From positions 76,322,001-76,386,000 of the forward strand of contig OX597816.1 of assembly GCA_951406725.2 (NCBI GenBank): DNA of 64,000 bases, read 5' to 3'. This DNA comes from Octopus vulgaris. Its lineage: Eukaryota. The position numbers and the translations under genes were made by a program. Shown here in pieces: positions 13,087 through 24,418 of the stretch. How positions within the stretch are numbered: the first letter of the stretch is position 1; each line of letters opens with the position of its first letter. The notes below the pieces were generated by a model. The model worked only from the letters and a program-made list of their open reading frames with translations, had not been told where the DNA came from and searched no databases.

Positions 13087-14289
13087 ATATATATATGAAG
13101 AAATATGATTGTGCGTGTGTATGCAATTATGAGTTGGTGTGTGTCTTGATTGTTGTATATTGTCGGTTAAGCTTAAATCTATGTGTAATTACCTATGTTC
13201 AGAAACATTCAGTTCATGACTACTCCAATATTTTCCTATGCAAAATAAACCACATTACCCAACACATAATTTTGTATGACAGAAGATTGTGATATGAATG
13301 AGTTTTGGCTGGTATTTCTCAATAGTCGAGCGACCATTGAGATGCGAACCTGCGTTCTGTTATTGTTTACCTTTGGATTAATTTTGAAGGAGCACATTTA
13401 TTAAGTGTATTATAGTTGTTATCTCCATATGGGGAGACCTGAACATTATTATTGATTATGTAATTTTAAGGCGGTAAACTGTTATTAGAAAAAATTTTGA
13501 GCTGCTCTGCCTATCACATAGAGGGCTTGGCTCATAAACTTACTTTCAACTGTAGGTCGAGATTTTTACCAAATCAATCAAACACATAGAGGCTTCCTAG
13601 CTGACTCGTTACGTAGGTGCTGTCTGTATACATGTGTGATTTTGCATATTGCTTATATGTCCGAGAGGGTATATTTATTTGTCACTCTATACATGTGTTT
13701 GTTATTTTTTGTTGCGTGTTTTTATGTCTGTTGTGATTTCGTGCGTACACTTAGTGTATGTTTGTGAAATGACTTGTGAGAAGAAACATGAAAACTGAGC
13801 TTGCATATGAAAGAAAAAATCAATGAAGGATAGAAATATTAATGAAATAAAGAAACGGAATTGAATTCTCTGATATTTGAAACGGAAAATATATTAGTCA
13901 CAAGAGGCTTTTACAAATGTATAATTCGAACAAGAATAAATTTCTGCCAAGGAAAGAATACAAATGAGCAGAAATGACTGTCGCCGTCTGCAATTGACGC
14001 GTTTAAACAAAGGAAGTTGTGACAGACATGTCCGATTTTGAGATTATATGTATATTTCTGATCGTATTTTTGAGAAATATGTAATTAAGACGTTTTATTT
14101 GGTTCGTTTCCTATGAAAGATTCTGTTCAAGCATTTTAGTAATTGTTATTTGATAATGTATAAGTTAAAGAGCAACTTTGTAAAAGAAGCTATTTTTTAA
14201 AAAGATGGTCCATATTTAAAAGACAAAATCGATCCAAAATTTCCCTTCTCGTTTGCTAGCTTAAAGCAAATATTACCAAATATCTCTGC

Positions 14290-14380
<91 letters not shown>

Positions 14381-15007
14381 GTGTGAGCGCGCGCGTGTGT
14401 GTGTGTGCGTGCGTGCGTGCGCTGGTATGTTTTGCATGCTCTTACACTGATTCTTTCAACCATGTTCTATCAACCACCATAATTTCATGAACGAGGACTC
14501 GCAAATCTTCATTATCCAATCACAATGCATCACTGTGATAATTGTAGACATTAAGGCTCTATCGAGATTAAATACTCACCTTTGAATCACGATGACTTGC
14601 AGATCTTTAGCTCCTTAGTCCAAAGGGCAAACATATTTCGTCCAAAATTCGAGGAATAATCATCATAACGGTCAAAGTTTGGGCCGTTCAAGTTATTATT
14701 AATACCATTTTGGTGCCGCTAGTTGTAACTAAGCTGTTGCATTTCTGTTTACATAATGTATAGAGTATCTCTTATAACACGTATATAAGAATTATAAAAA
14801 AAAACTGGCTTACTAGAGAACGTTGGTTTATAGAATAAACAGAATTAAAGGAGTGAACGAAGTTGCTCCTACGTGGCTGATTAACCTGCTAGAAGTGACT
14901 AGAAAATCTCATTTAATTAACACCCTGTCATCTTAGAATAGGAACGATATACTGGAAGATCTAGTCCTAGTTGAACAAAAATTCAGGAGCACAAACGTAG
15001 AACACCG

Positions 15008-15105
<98 letters not shown>

Positions 15106-15156
15106 ATCTATCTATCTATCTATCTGTATATGTGTGTATACATACATACACACACA

Positions 15157-15201
<45 letters not shown>

Positions 15202-15242
15202 GCACCCACACACACACACACATATATATATGTTCCAACCAG

Positions 15243-15430
15243 TCACCATGCTTGATCACTAAATCTACAGGATTTTTATTCTCTCTGTTTATTTTCCTCT
15301 TCTTCCTCTTTGATGAAGAGTGTAGGCTCGAAATCTTAAAATACTTTCTCACTTTCCTGGGCGTCAAACTAATACACCTGCTTGTTGTTGATACACCTGT
15401 CTTCTCTTTTTTTTTGTTGCAAATTTCAAA
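15243..15430 (+). mobile_element. Family A HHR-bearing short repeat
   Basis: Core at 15306-15340: UUGAUGA-A-GAGU-GUAG-GCUC-GAAA-UCUUA, followed by the shared ACTAATACACCTGCTTGTTG...ACACCTGTCTTC tail. Confidence 0.7.
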
Positions 15431-15630
15431 TATATACTTACATTTACATACATACATGCATGCATACATATAAATATGTTTGTGTGTGTGTTTTCATTAG
15501 ATAACGATATAATCATTATTTTATATACGTAGTATATATATATGTATATATATATATGTGTGTGTGTTATATATATATATATATATACATACATATTTAT
15601 ATATGTGTACACACATACATATATATGTAT

Positions 15631-15682
<52 letters not shown>

Positions 15683-15804
15683 ATATACTTTATTTAGAAG
15701 CAGCAGAAATACATAAGGTAGTTTACTGGTAAAGCACGTTCACTTTCAAAATGTTCGTTGTGTATTTGATAGACGCAAGATGGAAGATACGAGAATTTTT
15801 AATA

Positions 15805-15909
15805 ATCACTATAATTGTTTCCGACAAATCTACCATCGATCCCGTACGGAAGATACTTAACAACTGGTTCAGAAGTACACGATGGTGTAGATGTGTCTCT
15901 TCAGATAAT
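15805..15909 (-). ncRNA. Type I hammerhead motif with long paired stem II
   Basis: AUUAU-CUGAAGA-GACACAUCUACACCAUCG...CGAUGGUAGAUUUGUC-G-GAAA-CAAUUA-UA-GUGAU. Confidence 0.65.
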
Positions 15910-16372
15910 AAAGAGATACTACTCGTTAAAATAACACTTCTCAGTTCGTGTAAAGAGAAGTAGCAAATTAAAGGATATAGTTTCATTTATATAGAAGATC
16001 GATTATAAAAAAAATAACAGATGCAAAAAAGAAACGAACACGCTACACAGCGAAAAAGGATTACTAGATATAACCGTTAACGGATACTGATGTATTAACG
16101 CCCTCGCCTAGCTTGTATGACGCATGTATACTCGTTCATACAAGATTCCATGAAGTTGTAAGCATACGTTCACATAGCAAATTGAATAGCTATTTGATAT
16201 TTATAAGAACAGGGAGGTTAGAGCTAAATTTAACTCATCCATACTTTTTTTTACTAAGATGGGTTGAAACAATTTTTGTGATTAATAAGGATTTACGTAT
16301 CTTCCATCGTTCGTCTCTCATTAACTATATATACATACCTACATGCATACATACGTACGTACATACATACAT

Positions 16373-16435
<63 letters not shown>

Positions 16436-16438
<3 letters not shown>

Positions 16439-16633
16439 GGCGGGGGAGAATTCACAAAATAAAAAAATCGAAGGCAGGTGGTGTAGAAAACAAAAAGAAG
16501 TATTAGTATAACGCTCGGGAATTGAAAAAGTCTTTAACGTTTCGAGCCTACGCTCTTCCACAGAAAGGAACATAGAAAGAAACAAGGAGAAAAAAAATGT
16601 GTGTAGTAGCAGTAGCTAGCGATCTATCATGGC
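16436..16633 (-). mobile_element. Family A HHR-bearing short repeat after (TA)n
   Basis: Highly similar to 2063-2250. Core at 16532-16567: CUUU-CUGUGGA-A-GAGC-GUAG-GCUC-GAAA-CG-UU-AAAG. Confidence 0.75.
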
Positions 16634-16639
16634 GAATCG

Positions 16640-16691
<52 letters not shown>

Positions 16692-18263
16692 CGAAATCAA
16701 CTTCTAAACAATGTATACATCTCTAATTTGCAAATTGATAGATGGAAGAAAAAAACGGCACCAATAGATTCTTGAGAAACAGATTATATAGAAATAGCTG
16801 AGTAAGTCGTATATCGAAAGCATATTGTAGCATTTTCTCATTTGAAATATTAACATAGCTAAAGAACTTCAAATGAATTATAAATTTTAAAAACATATTG
16901 TACTATACATCTGAATTATTTAACATTTCCATACAAACCCACAATAATACACTTCCTTTCGTTACTAATATGCATACCATAAGTTCATGTATATATCTTT
17001 CTCTCGCTCTCTTGTTGTGTGTGTGTCTGTGTGCGTGCATGCATGCGTGTGTGTGTCCGTGTGTATTATATATGCTATATACATGAACATGTGTGTATGA
17101 GTGTCCGCGTGTTTAACCTCTTCACCAATGCCTCGAATACCAGGTTTCTCTTTCGCCAGAATAACAAACCACTCTGCACATACTAGAGATTCATCACATT
17201 ACTGATTAAGTTAATACATCGTTTTGTTGTTGATACTTCCTTTTTCATTTTCTAACCTTAATTTGTTTCAAGATTACAATCAGTGTCTTTTCTTACGAAT
17301 GTTGTACAGTTACACTATCTTCTATTTTTATATATAGATTAATAAATACGGAAACTTTACGCTCAATTTAATTAAGATATTTTTGCCAGTATTGTAATTG
17401 AAATGTTTTGAAACTGATTCTTTAAAAATATCTGTGAATAATTTTTTGTTCAAATAATCAAAATAATGATGACGATGATAATAACAACAACAACAACAAC
17501 AACAACTAAACAACAACAACACTAATACCACCAGCAACAATAACAACAACATAAGGAAAATAAATTTCGTTTATATTTAGTTGCATTTCCAGCGGAAAAA
17601 AGTGCTTTGGATTAAAAAAGAAACGTACTTACAAAAAGTGAAGTAAGTAATATAATAATTTGGGATAAATACACCTATTCAGTATCTTGAAAATAGAATG
17701 AATGTCCGTATTACGGAAATTACTAAAATATATGTATGCGGGCGATGAATTGGCAAATCATTCGACATCGAGCAAAATGCATTTCGTTAATTGTTCTGAT
17801 TCTTTACGCACGGTGTTCAAAATCCGCAAAGGTAAATTTTATCATCCTGAATTCGATAAGATATTAGCAAACACTGCGCTGAATTAATTACATATATTGC
17901 TAATCTATGCCAACATGTTATGATCTAAGGTGTTATAGGAGAGCCGAATACACCGTTCAACGATGGATCTCCGACAACTAATGAAATGACACAGCTTAGC
18001 TTTCGTTAATTCTATTTACCTGTAACAGCTGATATTAATGCAATAACACATTCGCACACAAAGCTGTACATGTTCATACATGCGTGCAAACACACAAAAA
18101 CATTACGACGTTCACTAACCTCCAAACACATTTTCTGTCTTTAATAGGTAATTCTATACAAAAGGGAAAGTGACTTGTCCTTTTGTAAACAACCGATATA
18201 TAATTTGAGTTTATGAACAAAGCAATGCTGTTCCCATTATATATAGTTGTTTGTTTTCAATAT

Positions 18264-18298
18264 TTTAATTATCTTATTTCCTTTCTTTGCAGGTAAGT
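18264..18298 (+). promoter_or_regulatory. Candidate recursive splice site (acceptor AG abutting donor GTAAGT)
   Basis: TTTAATTATCTTATTTCCTTTCTTTGCAG|GTAAGT, with AG at 18291-18292 and GT at 18293-18294. Confidence 0.5.
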
Positions 18299-18469
18299 AA
18301 AGGTGACTTCATTCAATATGGTAAAGTATATTAAATAACGTTATTATTTTTGCAAATTCAACATTTTCAAATGTAAATGAAACAACTTCTCTTGAATATG
18401 CACAGCCATATGCACAATTACATACATACATACATACATACATACCTTGGATAGGATCGAGGCAAGGAA

Positions 18470-19097
18470 ACAAGAACCCACCGTATGATTGAAACCATAA
18501 CCAATCATAATAAAAAAGGAGAATTAGTGGAATATTCCAGTGAAAGCCTCGATAAAATGTAAACACAACAGATGTAACATAATGATTTGGGATACAGAAG
18601 AGAAATTGTGTACAGTCGTGGAAATCAGCCAAAGATCAGCGACAAAAAAATACCGATACTGAACCTTTGAGAAATTTGCTATTTTATCCAGATTACAAGT
18701 TCAGGTTCATACGTGTAATCGTTGAGGCACTAGGATTTGTAACACATTGCCTAAATACCAATCTTGAAAAATTAGGCTTCCCAAATCCAGGGAGGAAAAA
18801 GCAGATTCGAAGACTACAGATCCAATTCATCACTGGAACTGTAAAAGTCTGTAAGACTTTCCAGAAGTTTATCATTCAAGTATATATGAGCATGACTAGA
18901 TATGCAAATATATGCATAAAACATATACATAAAACAAAACATACAAATTTGCACATATACATACATACATGCATACATACATATATACAAAAATTACCCT
19001 CTTGATATTGAGGAAATTACCATGAAGGAGTCTTGGATCTAGGTTAGAAACCGCCTCTTTCTGTATTGACAAGAAATCTTGAAATAAAACAGAATAA
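18470..19097 (+). mobile_element. 3' fragment of a non-LTR retrotransposon with a restriction-like endonuclease (R2/NeSL/R4 group)
   Basis: Frameshifted translation WNIPVKASIKCKHNR..IMIWDTEEKLCTVVEIS...LLFYPDYKFRFIRVIVEALGFV...LQIQFITGTVKVCKTF fits the PD..D/E REL C-terminus. 3' UTR follows. Confidence 0.7.
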
Positions 19098-19258
19098 TGA
19101 CATTCACACACACATACATGTATACATACACATACATACATATATACATACATACATACATACACACACATACGTACATAAAGACATACAAACATACATG
19201 CATACATACGTACATAAATACATACATGCATAAATACATACATACATACATACATACA

Positions 19259-19291
<33 letters not shown>

Positions 19292-20674
19292 TAATTGACT
19301 ATTTGTTTAATCGTTCCTTCAGTCAATCACTTAGGTTTGTCAAATTCCACTCGTCACCATTATAAGTGTCGATGAAGTATAGAAAGTATTTTCAAAGCGT
19401 CAGGCAAGGTATAATCTCCCTCGGTATCACTAAATACCTTTGCATGATTTGTTTAAGTAATACTGAAAATGTTATATATGCCTCTTCCTCCATCACGTCA
19501 AACCTTCTCGTTAGAAAGATTTAGTAGAAAATGATTATCCTCTTCCCTGGTGTCATTGGTATCTCACTCACGCCTTCGCCAATTTTTGAAGAATGGGACT
19601 ATCATTAATCCAAGGAACATTTTTTTCACCGCATGATAACTCATCCAATCAGCCGTTGTAATGTCAATATTTGATTCTTTGCTGCATTTAGAGGTGTTCA
19701 TTTTTCCGCAAACACGAAGCTGATTCCGGTTTGGGGATACAATTCTCTACTCTTACACGCATACACACACACACACACACATATACACGCACACACACAT
19801 ACACACTCCAGAATTGGAGGCTCATGGATCCTACCCTCTGTTCTCTGACTCAACTATAAAAAAAAATTAACTATTTCAGAACCGCCAAAAATTTTAGTGA
19901 CCTGGATAAATAAGGCTTTAACAGATAAATAAGGCTAGAAGCATTGACTGATAATATTTCTTAATAATTCCTTACATTTTTCCGGTAGCTAAACCCAAAG
20001 AGCTCCATAGATCTAAGTGTTATGAATCACCACAGAGAATCACAACAGAGAAATCATGTCTGGTAGACATTCAGTCAATGTTCCCAGTGTTTATTTTCCG
20101 TTGAAATTTTGCAATCTCCATACATAAAATAGATGGATGGACCACGCATCAGTTTTCAATCCTTATCAAGTGAATTTCTTGTTTGCATAACTTGAACATT
20201 AAATAGACTAAACCTTGCTCATTGCACGAGGCAGAGCTTCAAACAATACGGCGAAAACGTAAAATAAAAGTAACTTTAGCAGTAGGTAACTGACACACGT
20301 GATAACTAATATTTTATATATTATTTTGCTTGTTTTCTTTTGTTTTAAAACTTGAAAAGGACTATGTAAGAGGATGGTATTGAGTATAATATCTTAAAAG
20401 GAAACAATAACTGGGGAAAATGTGATACTTTAATGTCCTGAATATCCGTCCATTAAGGGAGTGAACTTGATAGCATGCTCATGCTCACTGCGCTCAATGA
20501 TACATTAACAATTGTATGTCTGCTGCAGGTCAGTGAAACAGCTTCTCAACTATAATTATATAAAAGTAGGATTATTCAGATAAATGTCAAGCTATAAGTA
20601 ACAGTGGGCGATAAACAGATAAGGAAAAGAGAGAAGAGATAGGGAAAGGAATGTGTGTGTATATATACATACAC

Positions 20675-20722
<48 letters not shown>

Positions 20723-21536
20723 GAGACAGGCAGAGACAGATAGACAGACAGAGGTAGATAGACAGACAGGAGAGTGTGTGTCTCTTGTAAAGAGAAGTAA
20801 GTAAGACAGAAATAAGGGAGAAGTGAATTTCACTACGTTTAAGAACTTTTTGCTTTTTAAAAAGATGTGTGAGAAACATTAGACTGGTCTCTTTGTTTTA
20901 CCGATTATTATAGCGGCTGAATTAAACTTCTATGACTCAAATACGTGAGATAATTTTCACATATTATTGAAATGATTTTATTTCACATCGTACTTATCAC
21001 AGGAATAGCACGCCAAAATGTAATTTTTTTAATTTGCTAAATTGTGCTAAATTCTGAGTTTAAAAAATATTACTTCCCATTTGGTTTGTGGTGAACGCTG
21101 TAGGGCAGGCATTAAGCTGCAAAACAGCAATCTGACTTCCCTAATAGAGTCGCTCATAGCGACAAGCCCAAAACTTTAATATTGTATCTAAGACAAATCA
21201 GCAAGGCATATTTCACTGCTACTACAGGTTACGCTGTAAGAAAACAGCAGAGCACTGGAAGCTAATAAAATTCTCCTCTATTTTATAATTCTGACGCTGC
21301 TTAGAATGATGTGTCTTGAGCCTCTTTATAGCTCGGAGTACTGAATAGTTTTAGTATCAGGTTATAGCTAGTATTTAGCTTCGTATCGTCTCTGGTTGGC
21401 ACTGGATGTACTTTAATACCCAGTATATTTATTCGACTAAAGGTGGGTGTTTACAAGTAAATTTGACCCAACCTGATGCCTATCATTTAATTATATCTGA
21501 TTCTCTCCCGAAACCTTAATATTGTGTGTGTGTGTA

Positions 21537-21819
21537 TAAAATTATAATTTAGGGTATCTAAGAGATAGGACCACGCTGGAAATAGCAGTCAAAACTTGAC
21601 TCTAAAACCACATTAAATGTTCATACAGCACCAGGAGAGAAGACAAAGAGACAAAATAAACTAGCGAAAAGTAATCCAGAAATATTTTTGGCTAGTTTAT
21701 TTTGTCACTTTGTCTTCTCTCCTGGTGTTGTATGAACATTTAATGTGGTTTTAGAGTCAAGTTTTGACTGCTATTTCCAACGTGGTGGTATCTCTTAGAT
21801 ACCCTTAATTATAATTTTA
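21537..21819. repeat. Long inverted repeat, ~130-bp arms with ~25-bp spacer
   Basis: 21537-21665 matches the reverse complement of 21691-21819 with only a few mismatches. Contains the GGAAATAGCAGTCAAA motif. Confidence 0.92.
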
Positions 21820-21902
21820 AATAATTATTACCATTGAAAGTTTTTATATCCATGCTAGCCACCTGATAAGATCGGTATTTAAATATCGATCTTATCCTTA
21901 AT

Positions 21903-21944
<42 letters not shown>

Positions 21945-22114
21945 TCACTATCAAGGTTGTGTGGAGTTCCGAATATATACAGGTGCTCAACCATAACAGA
22001 TCTTCAGGTAACACTTTATTGTATCAAATTACAGATATACGGGTTAGATAGGAATGTATATTTCAAGATCTGAGGAACTGAATTTGTAAGTTTTAATACA
22101 CTAGAATGAAAATT

Positions 22115-22587
22115 ATAATAAATCTCTGAACGAGATATAAACAGTAACCGCTCGACAACGTAAGGGGCTAAAAGCATCAGTAACAACCCCCGCCCCAGTG
22201 GCTAGCCACATTCAGATGGCTGATACCCCCTACGTTATCGAGCGGTTACTGTTTATATCTCGTTCAGAGGTTTATTATTGTTTTCAGACAGTTTTTCTAC
22301 ATCAGTGACAGTGGTTACTGTGAAAAACATTATATATTACTTGTGAGGGGACTCCTTCATCGAAGACCGATGCTTACCATGCGTTGACGAGAGGCAATTA
22401 CCTTGAAACTATAGTCCGTATGTAGTACTCGGGTCTTCGAGGGAGGATGACCTCCCTTTGCAAGTAACACAAGGACACTGAGATAGTGTCTAAAGTCCTT
22501 CTGGTGACGTTGATCGCCTGGGGCTAAAAGCATCAGTAACCCACCCCCCAGTGGCTAGCCACATTCAGATGGCTGATACCCCTTACG
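22115..22587 (+). mobile_element. Non-autonomous HHR-containing retro-insertion (retrozyme/PLE-like) with 13-bp TSD
   Basis: TAGAATGAAAATT at 22102-22114 and 22588-22600. Direct repeat at 22164 and 22520 (period 356). Inverted segment 22115-22167 matches 22226-22278. HHR at 22378-22422. Confidence 0.8.
22378..22422 (+). ncRNA. Type I hammerhead ribozyme (C3U variant); predicted cleavage after C22416
   Basis: CAUGCG-UUGACGA-GAGG-CAAUUA-CCUU-GAAA-CUAUAG-UC-CGUAUG. Stem I is 6 bp and is extended by UCGAAGACCGA/UCGGGUCUUCGA and further pairing out to ~22338/22467. Confidence 0.75.
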
Positions 22588-22663
22588 TAGAATGAAAATT
22601 GTTCTACATTTATTTTGTGTATCATCGCTCACTAATTACCTAGCCAATACTGGACTAAAGAAA

Positions 22664-22850
22664 GGCGGCGAAATGCTTAGCGGTATTTCGTCTGTCTTTA
22701 CGTTCTGAGTTCAAATTCCGTCGAGATCGACTTCACCTTTCATAATTTCGGATCCGATAAATTGAGTACCAGTTGCGTACTGGAATCGATAAAATCGACT
22801 AGCCTCCTGCCCAAATATTTTGGACCTTGTACCTAGCGAAGAAAATAATA
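22664..22850 (+). mobile_element. Meta-like SINE copy with an internal 5' deletion
   Basis: GGCGGCGAAATGCTTAGCGGTATTTCGTCTGTCTTTACGTTCTGAGTTCAAATTCCG...GATAAATTGAGTACCAG. Confidence 0.8.
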
Positions 22851-23072
22851 GTGGAGTAAACAACGCACTAACATACACACACAAAAACACACACACATAC
22901 ACACACGCACACACGTACACATACACGTACATGACTTCTCTCCAACACATCTCTGATGCAAACTCTCAGTCATTAGATATGCATAAATCTATATTTAGAT
23001 GTGTGTGTGCATGCGTAACTATTTATATAAATGTATATGTGAGTGTATGTGTATGTATATATATATATATAT

Positions 23073-23272
23073 ACTCTTTTACTTGTTTCAGTCATTTGAC
23101 TGCGGCCATGCTGGAGCACCGCCTTTAGTCGAGCAAATCGACCCCGGGACTTATTCTTTGTATGCCCAGTACTTATTCTATCGGTCTCTTTTGCCGAACC
23201 GCTAAGGGACGGGGACGTAAACACACCAGCATCGGTTGTCAAGCAATGCTAGGGGGACAAACACAGATACAC
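23073..23272 (-). mobile_element. 3' part of a second SINE family with a LINE-derived tail
   Basis: Reverse complement ends ...CGACTAAAGGCGGTGCTCCAGCATGGCCGCAGTCAAATGACTGAAACAAGTAAAAGAG. The tail resembles the LINE end at 8385-8422. Confidence 0.75.
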
Positions 23273-23274
23273 AA

Positions 23275-23333
<59 letters not shown>

Positions 23334-23357
23334 TACGACACACACACAGACACACAA

Positions 23358-23414
<57 letters not shown>

Positions 23415-23433
23415 TACGACATATATATATATA

Positions 23434-23496
23434 TGATTGATTGATTGATTGATTCTAGTTTCAGCTTATGAGCTGTGGCCATGCTGGGGCACCGCC

Positions 23497-23497
<1 letters not shown>
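23434..23497 (-). mobile_element. Extremely 5'-truncated LINE/SINE tail with (AATC)n end
   Basis: Reverse complement GGCGGTGCCCCAGCATGGCCACAGCTCATAAGCTGAAACTAG followed by (AATC)n. Confidence 0.65.
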
Positions 23498-23541
<44 letters not shown>

Positions 23542-23620
23542 TAGGGATGGTATTATTAAAATACCATCACAAGTGGTAAGCAAAATATCAGCTGTACAGG
23601 CAAATTAATAAAATATACAC

Positions 23621-23796
23621 ATACTATATTAGATATGTACATATATACACAAGGGTACTACATGAGTACCCATATCGCTAATGATAAAAGTCAAAAAATA
23701 TTTCTGTACCACCGAACAGTCACTATTTTTCGACTTCTATCTTTGGCGATATAGGTACTCATGTGGTACCCTTGTATATATATGTACATATCTAAT

Positions 23797-23803
<7 letters not shown>
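23621..23803. repeat. Inverted repeat, ~80-bp arms with 23-bp spacer
   Basis: 23621-23700 matches the reverse complement of 23724-23803 (ATTAGATATGTACATATATACACAAGGGTAC / GTACCCTTGTATATATATGTACATATCTAAT). Confidence 0.9.
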
Positions 23804-23839
<36 letters not shown>

Positions 23840-24074
23840 GTACATACTTATATATAGTGTATATGTATGTATACATATTGTATATACGTTTGCATATATA
23901 TTATACGCAAGTATATACGTTTGCATATATATTACTTCTCAGCAAGTAAGATATTACTTTTAAACAAAAGAAATATATTCGGTAATATTAGTATAAACAC
24001 AACTATCATAGCAGAACTTGAGTTAGAAATTAAAATAGGTACAAACAAATCCTGGTTCCAATATTTGTATAGAG

Positions 24075-24418
24075 AGAGGGTAGCGAGTTGGCAGAATCGC
24101 TAGTATGCTGGGCAAAATGCTTAGCGGTATTTGTCTGCCGCTACGTTCTGACTTCAAATTCCGCCAAGGTCGACTTTGCCTTTCATCCTTTCGGGATCGA
24201 TTAAATAAGTACCAGTTACGCACTGGGGTCGATATAATCGACTTAATCCGTTTGTCTGCCCTTTTTTGTCCCGTCTGTGCCTCTGTGTTTAACCTCCTGT
24301 GGGTAGTAAAGCAATACGTATTTCGTCTGTCCCCCAGTTCTTAGTTCAAAAATTGCTCCGAGGTCGACTTTCATCCTTTCGGGGTTGATGTAATAGGCTT
24401 ATTCCATCCCTAGAAATT
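24075..24418 (+). mobile_element. Full-length Meta-like SINE plus a partial second unit, flanked by a 15-bp TSD
   Basis: SINE 24079-24313, second partial unit from ~24317. AATATTTGTATAGAG at 24060-24074 and 24419-24433. Confidence 0.85.

Noticed and set aside
14579-14745. Minus-strand segment ending in donor AAG|GTGAGT
   Set aside because: Weak acceptor; the best-looking frame has a stop; no homology recognised.
24079-24170. tRNA gene
   Set aside because: tRNA-like SINE head; no cloverleaf, and it continues into the SINE body.
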